A stretch of 64,000 bases of DNA. Origin: Patescibacteria group bacterium (lineage in GTDB: Bacteria > Patescibacteriota > Microgenomatia > 0-14-0-10-38-17). Each line of letters starts with the position of its first letter. Position 1 is the stretch's first letter. Shown here in pieces: positions 19,086 through 28,084 of the stretch. The translations under genes and the position numbers were made by a program. Below the pieces are notes generated by a model, which was not told the origin of the DNA, ran no database searches, and worked only from the letters and a program-made list of their open reading frames with translations. The stretch is from NCBI GenBank assembly GCA_050953885.1, contig JBMNNJ010000001.1:527437-591436 (forward strand), in the 5' to 3' direction.

Positions 19086-19763
19086 ATGAAAATAAACCGC
19101 AATTTAGCGATCTTAATCGTCTTTTTAGCTTTCCTGGCTACCCTGTTTTTGGGGCGGCAAATATTTTTTCCTCCCGGGGAAAAACTTCAGGTGGTAAATA
19201 CCACCCCCTTACCGGGTCAAAATAACATTCCCTTAAATCAAGAAATTGTTTTGGAATTTAATCAGGCAGTTAACCCCCAAGATCTCGTTTTTTCTTTTTT
19301 TCCCGAATTTCTTTTTGAAATTAAAAGCGAAAACCAAAAAATTATTATCAAACCTAAAGAAAGCCTTCTTCCTAAAAGCCAATATCGTCTGGAACTTAAA
19401 GATAAAAGCGATCATTCTCTTTTTTCTTTAGTTTTTGAAACCACCGGGGAAGAAATTGTCCCTTCTCCCTCTCTTTCTCTTTCGCCCCCACTAGAAGCAA
19501 CTACCGAAGGCAAGGGCGATCTTAATGCTCTTAAAGAAATGACTAAAGAACTTTATCAAAATTATCCTCTTTATGACTATACTCCCTACCGTACTCCCAC
19601 TTGGGTAACCGATTATTTAGAACCAAAAAAACTAATTATCATTTATAAAAAAGGAGAAAGTCTGCCAAGTATTCAGGAAGAAGTTTTTGCTTGGATACGA
19701 GAAAATAAAGTGGATCCTAAAACCCATCTTTATGTTTGGGAGGAAAGAGAAACCTTGCCTTAA
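19086..19763 (+). CDS. hypothetical membrane-anchored or exported protein
   Basis: N-terminal TM 'LAILIVFLAFLATLFLG'; no known family. Confidence 0.4.
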   Translation: MKINRNLAILIVFLAFLATLFLGRQIFFPPGEKLQVVNTTPLPGQNNIPLNQEIVLEFNQAVNPQDLVFSFFPEFLFEIKSENQKIIIKPKESLLPKSQYRLELKDKSDHSLFSLVFETTGEEIVPSPSLSLSPPLEATTEGKGDLNALKEMTKELYQNYPLYDYTPYRTPTWVTDYLEPKKLIIIYKKGESLPSIQEEVFAWIRENKVDPKTHLYVWEERETLP

Positions 19764-19765
19764 TT

Positions 19766-20893
19766 TTACTCCTCTTCTTGAAGTCTTACCGGCATAATCA
19801 CATGAGAAAAAGTGTTACCCTTGGGAAAGTAAAAAAGAGCCGGCGATAAAGAGTCGTTTAATTCCATTACCAACCGTTCTTCTTCTCCGGCTTCAACCAA
19901 ATCCAGTAAAAAACGAAAATTAAAGGCAATTTTTTGCTTTGGGCCGGCCGCTTGCGCTTCCAGCCGGCTTTTGGTTTCCCCCACCTGCGGCGAATTGGCA
20001 CTAATCACCAGCTCGTTTTCGCCAATATCAAGCTTAACAATATTAGCCGATTCGCGGGCAAAAATGGCCGCCATTTTTATGGCCCGCCGAAAATCTTCTT
20101 TTTCTAAAACTACTTTTGTTTTCCCCTCTTTAGGAATTACCTCCTCCACATTAGGAAAACTGCCTTCCAAAAGCCTTGAGGAAAGCTCAATGTTGGGAAG
20201 AAAAAAAACCGCCTGTTTTTCCTTATCGGAAAGACCCATTTCTATCTCTTCTTTTTCAATTTTAATCCGCCCCACTTCCGCCAAGGCGTTCGCCGGCACA
20301 ATAAATGTTTGCTCCTCCAAAGAAGAGGTTAGGCTGATTTTTTTTAAAGAAAGCCGATAGCCGTCGGTGGCGGCCAACTGACATTCTTTTCCTTTAATTT
20401 TAAATTGAATCCCGCCCAAAACCGGCCGGCTTTCATCGCTGGTGGCGGCAAAAACAGTTTCTTTAATTGCCTCATTTAAAACCGCTGTTTTAAAACTTAT
20501 TTTTGAAGAAGAAACGGTAGAGATCTGGGGAAATTCTTCCGCCGGCATCACCGGAAAAAGCGCCTGAAAACCGCCGCAGGCGGCCTCCAAACCTTCTTTT
20601 TTTAAAAAAAGATCAACTTTTCCCGCCGGCAGGGAATTAACAAATTCTAAAAAAGGGCGGGCCAAAACCGTGGTTCTCCCCTCCTCCTCAATTTTAGCCC
20701 CCAAAAAATAATTAATGCCCATTTCTAAATTGGTGGCGGAAATTTTTAGCCGGTTTTTTTCGGTTGCCAAAAGAATATTTCCTAAAACCGGCAATGTTGG
20801 TCGGCTGGGAAGAAAATGGGAAACCGTGGTGAGGGCAGAATTTAAATTTTCCTGAAGAAGAGTAAGCTTCATAATTAGATTGTTAGAATACAC
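19766..20893 (-). CDS. dnaN: DNA polymerase III beta sliding clamp
   Basis: 375 aa; 'MKLTLLQENLNSALTTVSHFLPSRPTLPVLGNILL'; three-domain length; directly downstream of dnaA. Confidence 0.85.
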   Translation of the reverse strand: MYSNNLIMKLTLLQENLNSALTTVSHFLPSRPTLPVLGNILLATEKNRLKISATNLEMGINYFLGAKIEEEGRTTVLARPFLEFVNSLPAGKVDLFLKKEGLEAACGGFQALFPVMPAEEFPQISTVSSSKISFKTAVLNEAIKETVFAATSDESRPVLGGIQFKIKGKECQLAATDGYRLSLKKISLTSSLEEQTFIVPANALAEVGRIKIEKEEIEMGLSDKEKQAVFFLPNIELSSRLLEGSFPNVEEVIPKEGKTKVVLEKEDFRRAIKMAAIFARESANIVKLDIGENELVISANSPQVGETKSRLEAQAAGPKQKIAFNFRFLLDLVEAGEEERLVMELNDSLSPALFYFPKGNTFSHVIMPVRLQEEE

Positions 20894-21552
20894 GAATTAA
20901 AACGAATGAGAAACGAATGGACACGAAAAAAAATGGCTGGCGCAAAAATAATTCAAAATGCAAAAGTCAAAATTCAAAATTGCAAGTCAAAAGTTAAAAG
21001 TTTTTTCGCTTTACTTTTTAATTTTATCCACCGACTGGCGGACAGAATCATTCTTGTAGCTGTCATTCCTGAATTAAATTCAGGACAGGCTCTGACGAAA
21101 GTCAGGATCGGCCTTAAAGCTTGACGCTTGAAACGCTTGAGGCTTGAATCGCTTTAATCGTTTAATGTTTTTACGTTTCAAACGTCTCCTGTATTTCAAG
21201 CATTTCACGCATGATTCTGAATCAAGTTCAGAATAACAATAAGGGTTAATCCGCAACAATTTAATCGTTTAACAATATAACAGTTATTATTATATCTTTA
21301 TAGTATTAGTTTTAGTAGGCAATGTCAATAAGTGGATTTAGACTGAAATTAACCATGATGTTAATGTTGGTTAATTAAATTTAGCGATTTTCCCCGTCTT
21401 TTTCTTTTTCATACCTTGTATTTTCTTTTCAGTTTTGGGTTTTTTTAGTGAGAAAAAACAAGGATAAAAAAGAATTTTTTGTGGAAAAAAATAAATAGTT
21501 TGTGGAAAACTAAATTTTTAGTTTTCCACAATTTAATAACATAATAACAAAT
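20894..21552. promoter_or_regulatory. candidate chromosomal origin (oriC) in the dnaA-dnaN intergenic region
   Basis: DnaA-box variants 'tttgtggaaaa' (x2) and 'ttttccacaa' at 21470-21535; 'ttatccacc' at 21018; AT-rich unwinding-like stretch 21240-21400. Confidence 0.55.
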
Positions 21553-22893
21553 TTAAATATTCAACTCCTTTCTTATTTTCACCACCCGATGACGGACGGT
21601 TTCATTGGTGGTAAATTCCTGATTAATTTTTTCAATCGCATGGATAACGGTGCTGTGGTCGCGGTTTCCCAAAAGCTCGCCAATTTTCATTAGCGGCAAA
21701 TTTAGGTCTTTTCTTAAAAGATACATGGCAATATGGCGGGCATTGACTAATTCTTTTTGGCGGCTTTTCCCGCAAAGGTCGCGGATTTTAAAAGAAAATT
21801 CCTTGGCGGTTTGGGAAAGCACTTTGCGGGGGGTAATTTTTTGGACCGTTTTTTGGGCTCGGCCGTAAAACTTACTGGCAAAATCCAAGGTCAGGGCTGT
21901 ATTTTCCGCCAGAGCGCGGGTTTTAAGTTGTAAAAGAGCGCCTTCAAGTTCACGGGCATTGCTTTCAATGGTTTGGGCTAAAAAGGAAAGCACTTCTTCG
22001 GGAACAGTAAAGCCCTTTTCCCCGGCCTTTTGCTTTAAAATTGCCAAGCGCATTTCATAGTCCGGAGACTGGATGTCAACGGTGAGGCCGCCCATGAAAC
22101 GGGAGGTAAGACGGTTTTCTAAGGGTTGGATTTCCTCGGGGCGGCGGTCGGAGGTTAAAACCACCTGCCGGCCAGCCAGATAAAGGAAATTAAAGGTATG
22201 GAAAAATTCCTCTTGGGAATATTCTTTGCCGGCAATAAATTGGACATCATCAATAAGTAAAACATCCACTTGGCGATATTTTTTTTTGAAATTGGTGATG
22301 GTTTTACTCTGGAGGGCGGCGACTAATTCGTTGGTAAAAGTTTCCGCGGTTGCGTAGAGGATGTTTAAGTCGGGATGTTTTTCGGCAATGGCATTGCCAA
22401 TGGCCTGAACTAAATGGGTTTTGCCCACTCCCACTCCTCCCCAGACAAAAAAGGGGTTATAGGCCTGGCCCGGGTTTTCCACGATCGCTTGGGCGGCGGC
22501 ATGGGCAAAATTATTGGAAGAGCCAACCACAAAGGAAGAAAAATTATAATAAGGAAGCAGGCCGGTTTTTGGGTTAAAACCTTCTTTTCTTTCTTTTTTT
22601 TCAAAAAGTGGCCCCATTTTTTCCGGTGTTTTTTTGGGCCGCTGGTTAATGGTAAAAACAAGACTGTTTTTTTCTCCGGTTTGGCGATCTAAGATTTCTT
22701 TAATTAAAGAATAATAGCGGCCCTCTACCAGTTCCTGAAGATAGGCGCTGGGACAACCGATGGTGGCAACATTATTTTCAAGCGATAAAAGTTGGATGGA
22801 GGAAAGAAGGGCCTGATAATTGGTTTTGGAAACGGCAATTTTCAACTCTTCCTGGACGTTTTCCCAAAGGGCGTTTTGATTCATTTTTTCCAA
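21553..22893 (-). CDS. dnaA: chromosomal replication initiator DnaA
   Basis: Walker A 'GGVGVGKTHL'; 'LLIDDVQFIAGKE'; C-terminal DnaA-box-binding HTH 'HSTVIHAIEKI'. A further box 'ttttccacaa' lies upstream at ~22945. Confidence 0.9.
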   Translation of the reverse strand: MEKMNQNALWENVQEELKIAVSKTNYQALLSSIQLLSLENNVATIGCPSAYLQELVEGRYYSLIKEILDRQTGEKNSLVFTINQRPKKTPEKMGPLFEKKERKEGFNPKTGLLPYYNFSSFVVGSSNNFAHAAAQAIVENPGQAYNPFFVWGGVGVGKTHLVQAIGNAIAEKHPDLNILYATAETFTNELVAALQSKTITNFKKKYRQVDVLLIDDVQFIAGKEYSQEEFFHTFNFLYLAGRQVVLTSDRRPEEIQPLENRLTSRFMGGLTVDIQSPDYEMRLAILKQKAGEKGFTVPEEVLSFLAQTIESNARELEGALLQLKTRALAENTALTLDFASKFYGRAQKTVQKITPRKVLSQTAKEFSFKIRDLCGKSRQKELVNARHIAMYLLRKDLNLPLMKIGELLGNRDHSTVIHAIEKINQEFTTNETVRHRVVKIRKELNI

Positions 22894-23006
22894 AATAGGC
22901 AGGAGGCTTAAGAAGGCAGGACTCTTTTAATAATAGCGAAGTTTTCCACAATTTGCAAGGGGCGGATCTATGTATCCGTCCGTTTTGATTTACAAACCCC
23001 AAAGAA

Positions 23007-23336
23007 TTATAACAGCTCTATTCCTAAAATTATTTCCAAAATTTGGACAATCCAGTAGCTTAGGAAAATAATTAAAAAACCAATTAAAGCATTGGTTATT
23101 TGCCCCTGGGCTTTTTTGGCCGCCTCCTCGTTGCCGGCGGCGGTAAGATAGCCGAAGCCGCCGATTAAAAGATAAATAAAGGTGGCGATGCCGGCCAAGG
23201 GGAAGATATAGATAAGCAGGCGGGAAACAATATCACCGATATTTTGCCATTGGGAAATGGGGGCGTTAGAAGGAATGCCGGAAATTTGAGAATAGTTAGG
23301 GATAGTGACGGCAGCAAGGTTTTGGACGAGTTTCAT
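23007..23336 (-). CDS. T4SS pilin-like small membrane protein, paralog 7
   Basis: 'GGFGYLTAAGNEEAAKKAQGQITNALIGFLIIFLSYWIVQILEI'. Confidence 0.5.
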   Translation of the reverse strand: MKLVQNLAAVTIPNYSQISGIPSNAPISQWQNIGDIVSRLLIYIFPLAGIATFIYLLIGGFGYLTAAGNEEAAKKAQGQITNALIGFLIIFLSYWIVQILEIILGIELL

Positions 23337-23691
23337 AAGAAAAAATTGTTAAAATACGCGAATGAAAACGAATAAAATTCAAAACGCAAAATTAAAAATC
23401 AGTAATCCGTAATATGCAACAAAAAAAGCGCAAAAAGCAAAGTGCAAAGATTAGAACCTAAATTAAAATTCAAAGATATTTTTAATTCTTGGCTTTGGTC
23501 TTTGAGCTTGGTTTTGCATTTTACTCTTTGCACTTTAATCTTGTTTTCTCACGAGTTACTAACTTTTTACTTTTTACATTTTCATTTTGATTTTATCCGC
23601 CAGCTGGAAGATTCGTCAGAATGACGAATCGCCTTGCGCATTACGAACCGCATACATTATACCTAATATTAGATATAAAATACAACCTTGC
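23337..23691. repeat. mosaic hairpin-forming intergenic repeat (inverted arrangement of the 11.4-kb modules, plus half of the 'ccgccagctgg' palindrome)
   Basis: 'cagtaatccgtaatatgc...gcaaagattagaacctaaat...cacgagttactaacttttt'. Confidence 0.75.
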
Positions 23692-24615
23692 CTACTCCAG
23701 CCCCGGCAGGCCCAAAATGTCAACGCCAATTAGCCGTAGGAGAAACAAAGAAAGGATGATAAAAATCAGGCCGGTAACGGCAGAGGTGATCGTTTCTTTA
23801 GCGCCTTGAATTTTTTGGGGATTGCCGGAGGAGGTCATTAGCTGGAAGCCGGAAAAAACGATCAGTCCAAAAGCGGCCAAGCCACCAAAGCCCAAAAGAT
23901 ATGGAAAAAGCCATTTCACCAAATCTATTGGGTCGGTGGGGATACAACCCAAGGCGGTTTGAACTCCCTTCCCCGAACCACAGGTTATGTTAGTTGTTCC
24001 CCTTGCGATTTCTTCTATTGCTTCTTCACCACCGCAAAACCACGCATCTCTGCTCCCTTTTATCTTAGATTTTTCACAAGGGCAACCTGTTGGACATGGC
24101 CGGCCGCCGCTTTTTGAGCAAGGCATACCGCATTCTAATTTCGTAGGGGAATCTTGCTCTTCAATTGAAAACGATATCTTTGTAATTAAGCCGTCGGAGG
24201 GGCAAGAATGCTCTCCGGTACTCTCAATCTCACACTCCAAAAGCTTAGCTTCATAATTGCCCGCCTCAAGGTAACGAGCCATTTTCATCTCCTGTGGCTG
24301 CAACGTTGCATTTTCGCTCCAGTGGAAGGATTCATAGTCTATCTCTTCCCCACCTTTATATATCTTTATAAAATATAGCCAATTACCAAAAGTGTCTTCG
24401 TTACAATTACTAACAGTTATTGTAACTTTATCCCCTTCGATTTGGTATCCCATGTCGCATGATAATTGGAGGGGTATGTTGTCTTGGCTAAAGACAGTCG
24501 AAAGATCAAGGCAGAAAAATAAAAAAAACCAAAAAATAACAACGCCACGCTTGATAAGGTTTTTAGGTATTAGTTTTAGAAGGGGTTTCATAGGCTGTTT
24601 AATTATTCTCATCAT
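23692..24615 (-). CDS. exported Cys-rich protein with C-terminal pilin-like domain
   Basis: N-terminal TM or signal peptide; Cys-rich middle; C-terminus 'FGLIVFSGFQLMTSSGNPQKIQGAKETITSAVTGLIFIILSLFLL' resembles the pilin paralogs. Confidence 0.45.
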   Translation of the reverse strand: MMRIIKQPMKPLLKLIPKNLIKRGVVIFWFFLFFCLDLSTVFSQDNIPLQLSCDMGYQIEGDKVTITVSNCNEDTFGNWLYFIKIYKGGEEIDYESFHWSENATLQPQEMKMARYLEAGNYEAKLLECEIESTGEHSCPSDGLITKISFSIEEQDSPTKLECGMPCSKSGGRPCPTGCPCEKSKIKGSRDAWFCGGEEAIEEIARGTTNITCGSGKGVQTALGCIPTDPIDLVKWLFPYLLGFGGLAAFGLIVFSGFQLMTSSGNPQKIQGAKETITSAVTGLIFIILSLFLLRLIGVDILGLPGLE

Positions 24616-25063
24616 AGCAAAAAAGGGGAAATTTTGGTAGGATTAAGATAGTCAAAAATCACAAGATCACAAGATCATAAAATCACAAGAGCATGAAATC
24701 ATGAAATCAAAAGAGCAAAAGAACAAAAGGCAACTGCTAAAATTATTGGCGCGGATTGAATAATCCATAATGGGTAATAAAAATCGCAAAGCGCAAATAT
24801 CAAAAATTAGAACCTAAATCAAAGTTCAAAAACAAAAGATAAACTCAAACCTCAAAACTCAAAACTCAAATCTACAACGCAAAACTTAAAACTTGAAAGA
24901 CAAAAACAGAATTACAATTTAGAAATACAAATATTAAGCCCTAAAGTTTTTTAGTTTTAAGTTTTAACATGTAGTTTTGCCATTTGCGTTTTGAGATTTG
25001 AGTTTATTTTTCGTGTCCATTCGTTTCTTATTCGCGCATTTTAGCTATTTATCTTACCACAAA
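24616..25063. repeat. mosaic intergenic repeat containing 170-bp core element copy 2 (~24841-25012)
   Basis: Same core 'gaaagacaaaaacagaattacaatttagaaatacaaatattaagccctaaag' with complementary arms. Confidence 0.8.
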
Positions 25064-26764
25064 ATGCCTAAAAAGCTGATTATTGTTGTCGTTCTTTTTG
25101 CCGCTCTTTTTTATTTTACCTCTTTTTCCCTTATTTTTGGGCAGACAAACGAGGAAATTGAAAAAGAGTTGGCCCAAATTGCCGAGGCCCTGCGGCTTTT
25201 GGAAATTGCCGAAAAACCCTTAAAAGAAGAGCTTTCTCAACTGCGGGTAAAATTGACGGATATTGAGAGGAGAATTAATAATGTTTCCTTAAGTATTGAC
25301 CGCCTTGAGGAAAGCATTAAAGAGCGAAGCCAAGATTTGGCCTATCAAAAAATGCTTTTTAACCAAAGAGTGAGAAACCAATATATCAAACAGCGCTCCT
25401 CTTCCTCTCCTCTTTTGCTTTTCTTAGCCACCGACGAGGCTATTGATTTAACCCAAGAAGTTTGGGCTAATCGGATGGTAGCCCGCCGCGATCAGGAAGA
25501 ATTGATTGAAATTGCCCAAAACCTTCTTGCTTTGCAAAAAGACAAGGAATTTTTAGAAAAAGAAAAAGTTAATTTGGCGGCGGTAAAAAAAACCTTTGCC
25601 TCGCGGGCTCAATTTTTGGAAGGAGAAATTAAAGGGGCGGAAAGTTATCGGGCCCAGCTTAACGCCCGCCAAAAAGAATTAATCGCCAAAAAGCTGGCCA
25701 GCCTTAATTTGCCCACCAGCTTAGGCGCCGGCCCCCTTTATTGTGTGGACGACAGGACCATTGACCCGGGTTTTCGGCCCGCCTTTGCCTTTTTTACCTT
25801 TGGCATTCCCCATCGGGTGGGGATGAATCAATATGGGGCGTTGGGTCGGGCCAAGGCGGGGCAAAACTATCACCAAATATTAGAAAGCTACTTTGCCGGC
25901 ATTAGTTTTGAGAAAATGGATCCAAATATGAGAATTAAGGTTCAGGGTTATGGAGAGATGGCCTTGGACGATTATCTTTTGGGAATTTACGAGATGCCCG
26001 GCAGTTGGCCAATTGAGGCCTTGAAGGCTCAGGTGGTGGCGGCGCGTTCCTATGCCCTCTCTTATACCGATAATGGCGCTAAGGAGATTTGCACCACTCA
26101 GGCTTGTCAAGTTTACAAAGGCGGCAATAAAGGGGGCGATTGGGAGAAGGCGGTGCGGGAAACTGCCGGCGAGGTGATGGTTTCGGGTGGGCAGGTGATT
26201 ACCGCCTGGTATGCTTCAACTGCCGGCGGCTACACTTATCGTTCTTCGGATGTGGGTTGGCAGGACCGGCCCTGGACTAAGAGGATGCAGGATACCACCG
26301 GCGCGGCTAATGGCTTTGGGGAGTTAATGGAGAAAGCCTATGACAAAGAATCACCTTGTTTTTACGCCGCCCAAGGCTGGCGAGCGCAGTACAATAAGTC
26401 GGCTTGGCTTAAAGCAGAAGAGGTGGCGGATATTGTTAACGCCATTCTTTTGGCTAAAGCCGACAGCGGTAGCCAAGACCATCTTTATCAACCCGACAAA
26501 CCCCATCCTTATGGCGGGGAAGTTTGGGATCAGGAGCGGGTAAAAAGCGAACTTCGTCAAAAAGGGATCACTCCTTTTAACCGGATTGATAACGCCTCGG
26601 TTAACGGGGTTGATTGGGGGGTAGGAAAAACCACCTCGATTAGTTTTTCCGGTGATGGCGGGAGCGTTTCTTTTTCCGGTGATGAGTTTAAAGATTATTT
26701 TAATCTGCGCGCGCCGGCCAATATCCAAATTGTCGGCCCGCTTTTTAATGTGGAGAAAAAATAG
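25064..26764 (+). CDS. SpoIID/LytB-domain protein with N-terminal TM and coiled coil
   Basis: 'YLLGIYEMPGSWPIEALKAQVVAARSYALSY...CTTQACQVYKGG' is a canonical SpoIID motif. Start taken at the ATG after the repeat; the ORF track starts at 24998. Confidence 0.7.
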   Translation: MPKKLIIVVVLFAALFYFTSFSLIFGQTNEEIEKELAQIAEALRLLEIAEKPLKEELSQLRVKLTDIERRINNVSLSIDRLEESIKERSQDLAYQKMLFNQRVRNQYIKQRSSSSPLLLFLATDEAIDLTQEVWANRMVARRDQEELIEIAQNLLALQKDKEFLEKEKVNLAAVKKTFASRAQFLEGEIKGAESYRAQLNARQKELIAKKLASLNLPTSLGAGPLYCVDDRTIDPGFRPAFAFFTFGIPHRVGMNQYGALGRAKAGQNYHQILESYFAGISFEKMDPNMRIKVQGYGEMALDDYLLGIYEMPGSWPIEALKAQVVAARSYALSYTDNGAKEICTTQACQVYKGGNKGGDWEKAVRETAGEVMVSGGQVITAWYASTAGGYTYRSSDVGWQDRPWTKRMQDTTGAANGFGELMEKAYDKESPCFYAAQGWRAQYNKSAWLKAEEVADIVNAILLAKADSGSQDHLYQPDKPHPYGGEVWDQERVKSELRQKGITPFNRIDNASVNGVDWGVGKTTSISFSGDGGSVSFSGDEFKDYFNLRAPANIQIVGPLFNVEKK

Positions 26765-26989
26765 AGTATAATATAGTCAAAAGTCAAAAATACACGAATT
26801 AAAACGAATTAGAAACGAATGAACACGAATGAGCGAATAATGTCATCCTGATGAAAATCAGGATCTGTCTTAATACTTACCAAAAACAGATTCTGTCCAC
26901 CAGCTGGCGGATTAACTTTTAATTTTTAAATTTTAGTTATAAGGATTAAGGAATAATTATAATTCTTATCAAAGATACCGTTAATCTTT
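26765..26989. repeat. mosaic intergenic repeat ('acacgaattaaaacgaat' module, 'atcctgatgaaaatcaggat' hairpin, 'ccaccagctggcgg')
   Basis: Shared modules with 20.9-kb and 61.3-kb regions. Confidence 0.7.
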
Positions 26990-27652
26990 ATGCCCGATCT
27001 TTATACCGCCTCGCCAAACACAAAAGTAGAAGCGCCCCAAAAAGAGGAAGAAAAAAAGCCAACAGCCAAAGTTCGTGTTTCCCCTTTCAAGAAAATTGTC
27101 AGCCAAAATCTTTCTCCAAAATGGGGGTTGGCCGTTAACCCTAAAAAGATTAAATTTGCCAGTCAGGAAAAGGATGAAGAAGTTTTGCTTTTAATCCGCC
27201 GCCACCCGATTACCAATTTACCTTGGGCGCTTGCTTTGGTTTTAATGATTTTTGCCCTGCCGGCCGCTTTTCATTTTCAGTGGCTGGCGCCTCTTCCTTC
27301 CAACTTTCAAATGGTGGTTGCCTTTGCTTGGCTGGCGCTGGCGTTGGCAATTTTTTGGGGCGGGTTTTTAAGCTGGTTTTTTAATGTTAATATTGTTTCC
27401 AGCAGAAGGGTAATTGATATTGATTTTTATAATCTTATTTATCGGGAGGTAACTGATGCGGAGGTGGAGAAAATTCAGGATGTCACCCATAAAATGGGCG
27501 GAATTTTTGGGTTAGTTTTCAATTATGGCGACGTGGTGATTCAAACCGCTGGCACCAAGCCGGAGATTGAGTTTTTAAAAGTTCCTCGGCCGGCGCAAAT
27601 CGCCGCGGTTTTACGCCAGATTAGAGAGGAAGCAGAGAAGGAGATAGGGTAA
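26990..27652 (+). CDS. membrane protein with bacterial PH (YdbS/bPH_2-like) domain
   Basis: Two TM helices followed by 'SSRRVIDIDF...GDVVIQTAG'. Confidence 0.35.
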   Translation: MPDLYTASPNTKVEAPQKEEEKKPTAKVRVSPFKKIVSQNLSPKWGLAVNPKKIKFASQEKDEEVLLLIRRHPITNLPWALALVLMIFALPAAFHFQWLAPLPSNFQMVVAFAWLALALAIFWGGFLSWFFNVNIVSSRRVIDIDFYNLIYREVTDAEVEKIQDVTHKMGGIFGLVFNYGDVVIQTAGTKPEIEFLKVPRPAQIAAVLRQIREEAEKEIG

Positions 27653-27790
27653 AGGCACTAAGATATTAAGAGACACGATAAAAAAATTCAAAATTTAAAA
27701 TTCAAAAGTCAAAAGTGCAAGTTAAAATTCAAAAGCAAAGCAAAAAAATTTTTAACTTTTAACTTGCAATTTTAAATTTATCAGATTTCT

Positions 27791-28030
27791 ATGGATAACC
27801 CCCAAAATTTGCTTAAATTATTTCAGGACTTTTCTCTTTGGTCGGTTTGGCGTGTTTTTCTTTTGGTCTATTTTTTAGGCTATTTAATTTTTAATCTTAT
27901 TTTAGGACGGCAAATCACCTTAATGAGTCAGCTTTTTGAGACAAACTTGAAAGGCTTGCTTAAAATTTTTAACTGGTTGCTTTTTGGTTTGGGGGTTTTG
28001 GGTTTTTTAATGGCTTTAACTTTGGGGTAA
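27791..28030 (+). CDS. small membrane protein, hypothetical
   Basis: 79 aa with two hydrophobic helices. Confidence 0.3.
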   Translation: MDNPQNLLKLFQDFSLWSVWRVFLLVYFLGYLIFNLILGRQITLMSQLFETNLKGLLKIFNWLLFGLGVLGFLMALTLG

Positions 28031-28084
28031 AAAGCGCCGGAGCGCGAGTTTTGGAAAAAAGAGGTGTTTATGATATGCTTTTAA

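Noticed and set aside
19233-19431. Two small overlapping ORFs on both strands
   Set aside because: They are fully contained in the better-supported 19086-19763 CDS and are a low-complexity K/F-rich artefact of an AT-rich stretch.
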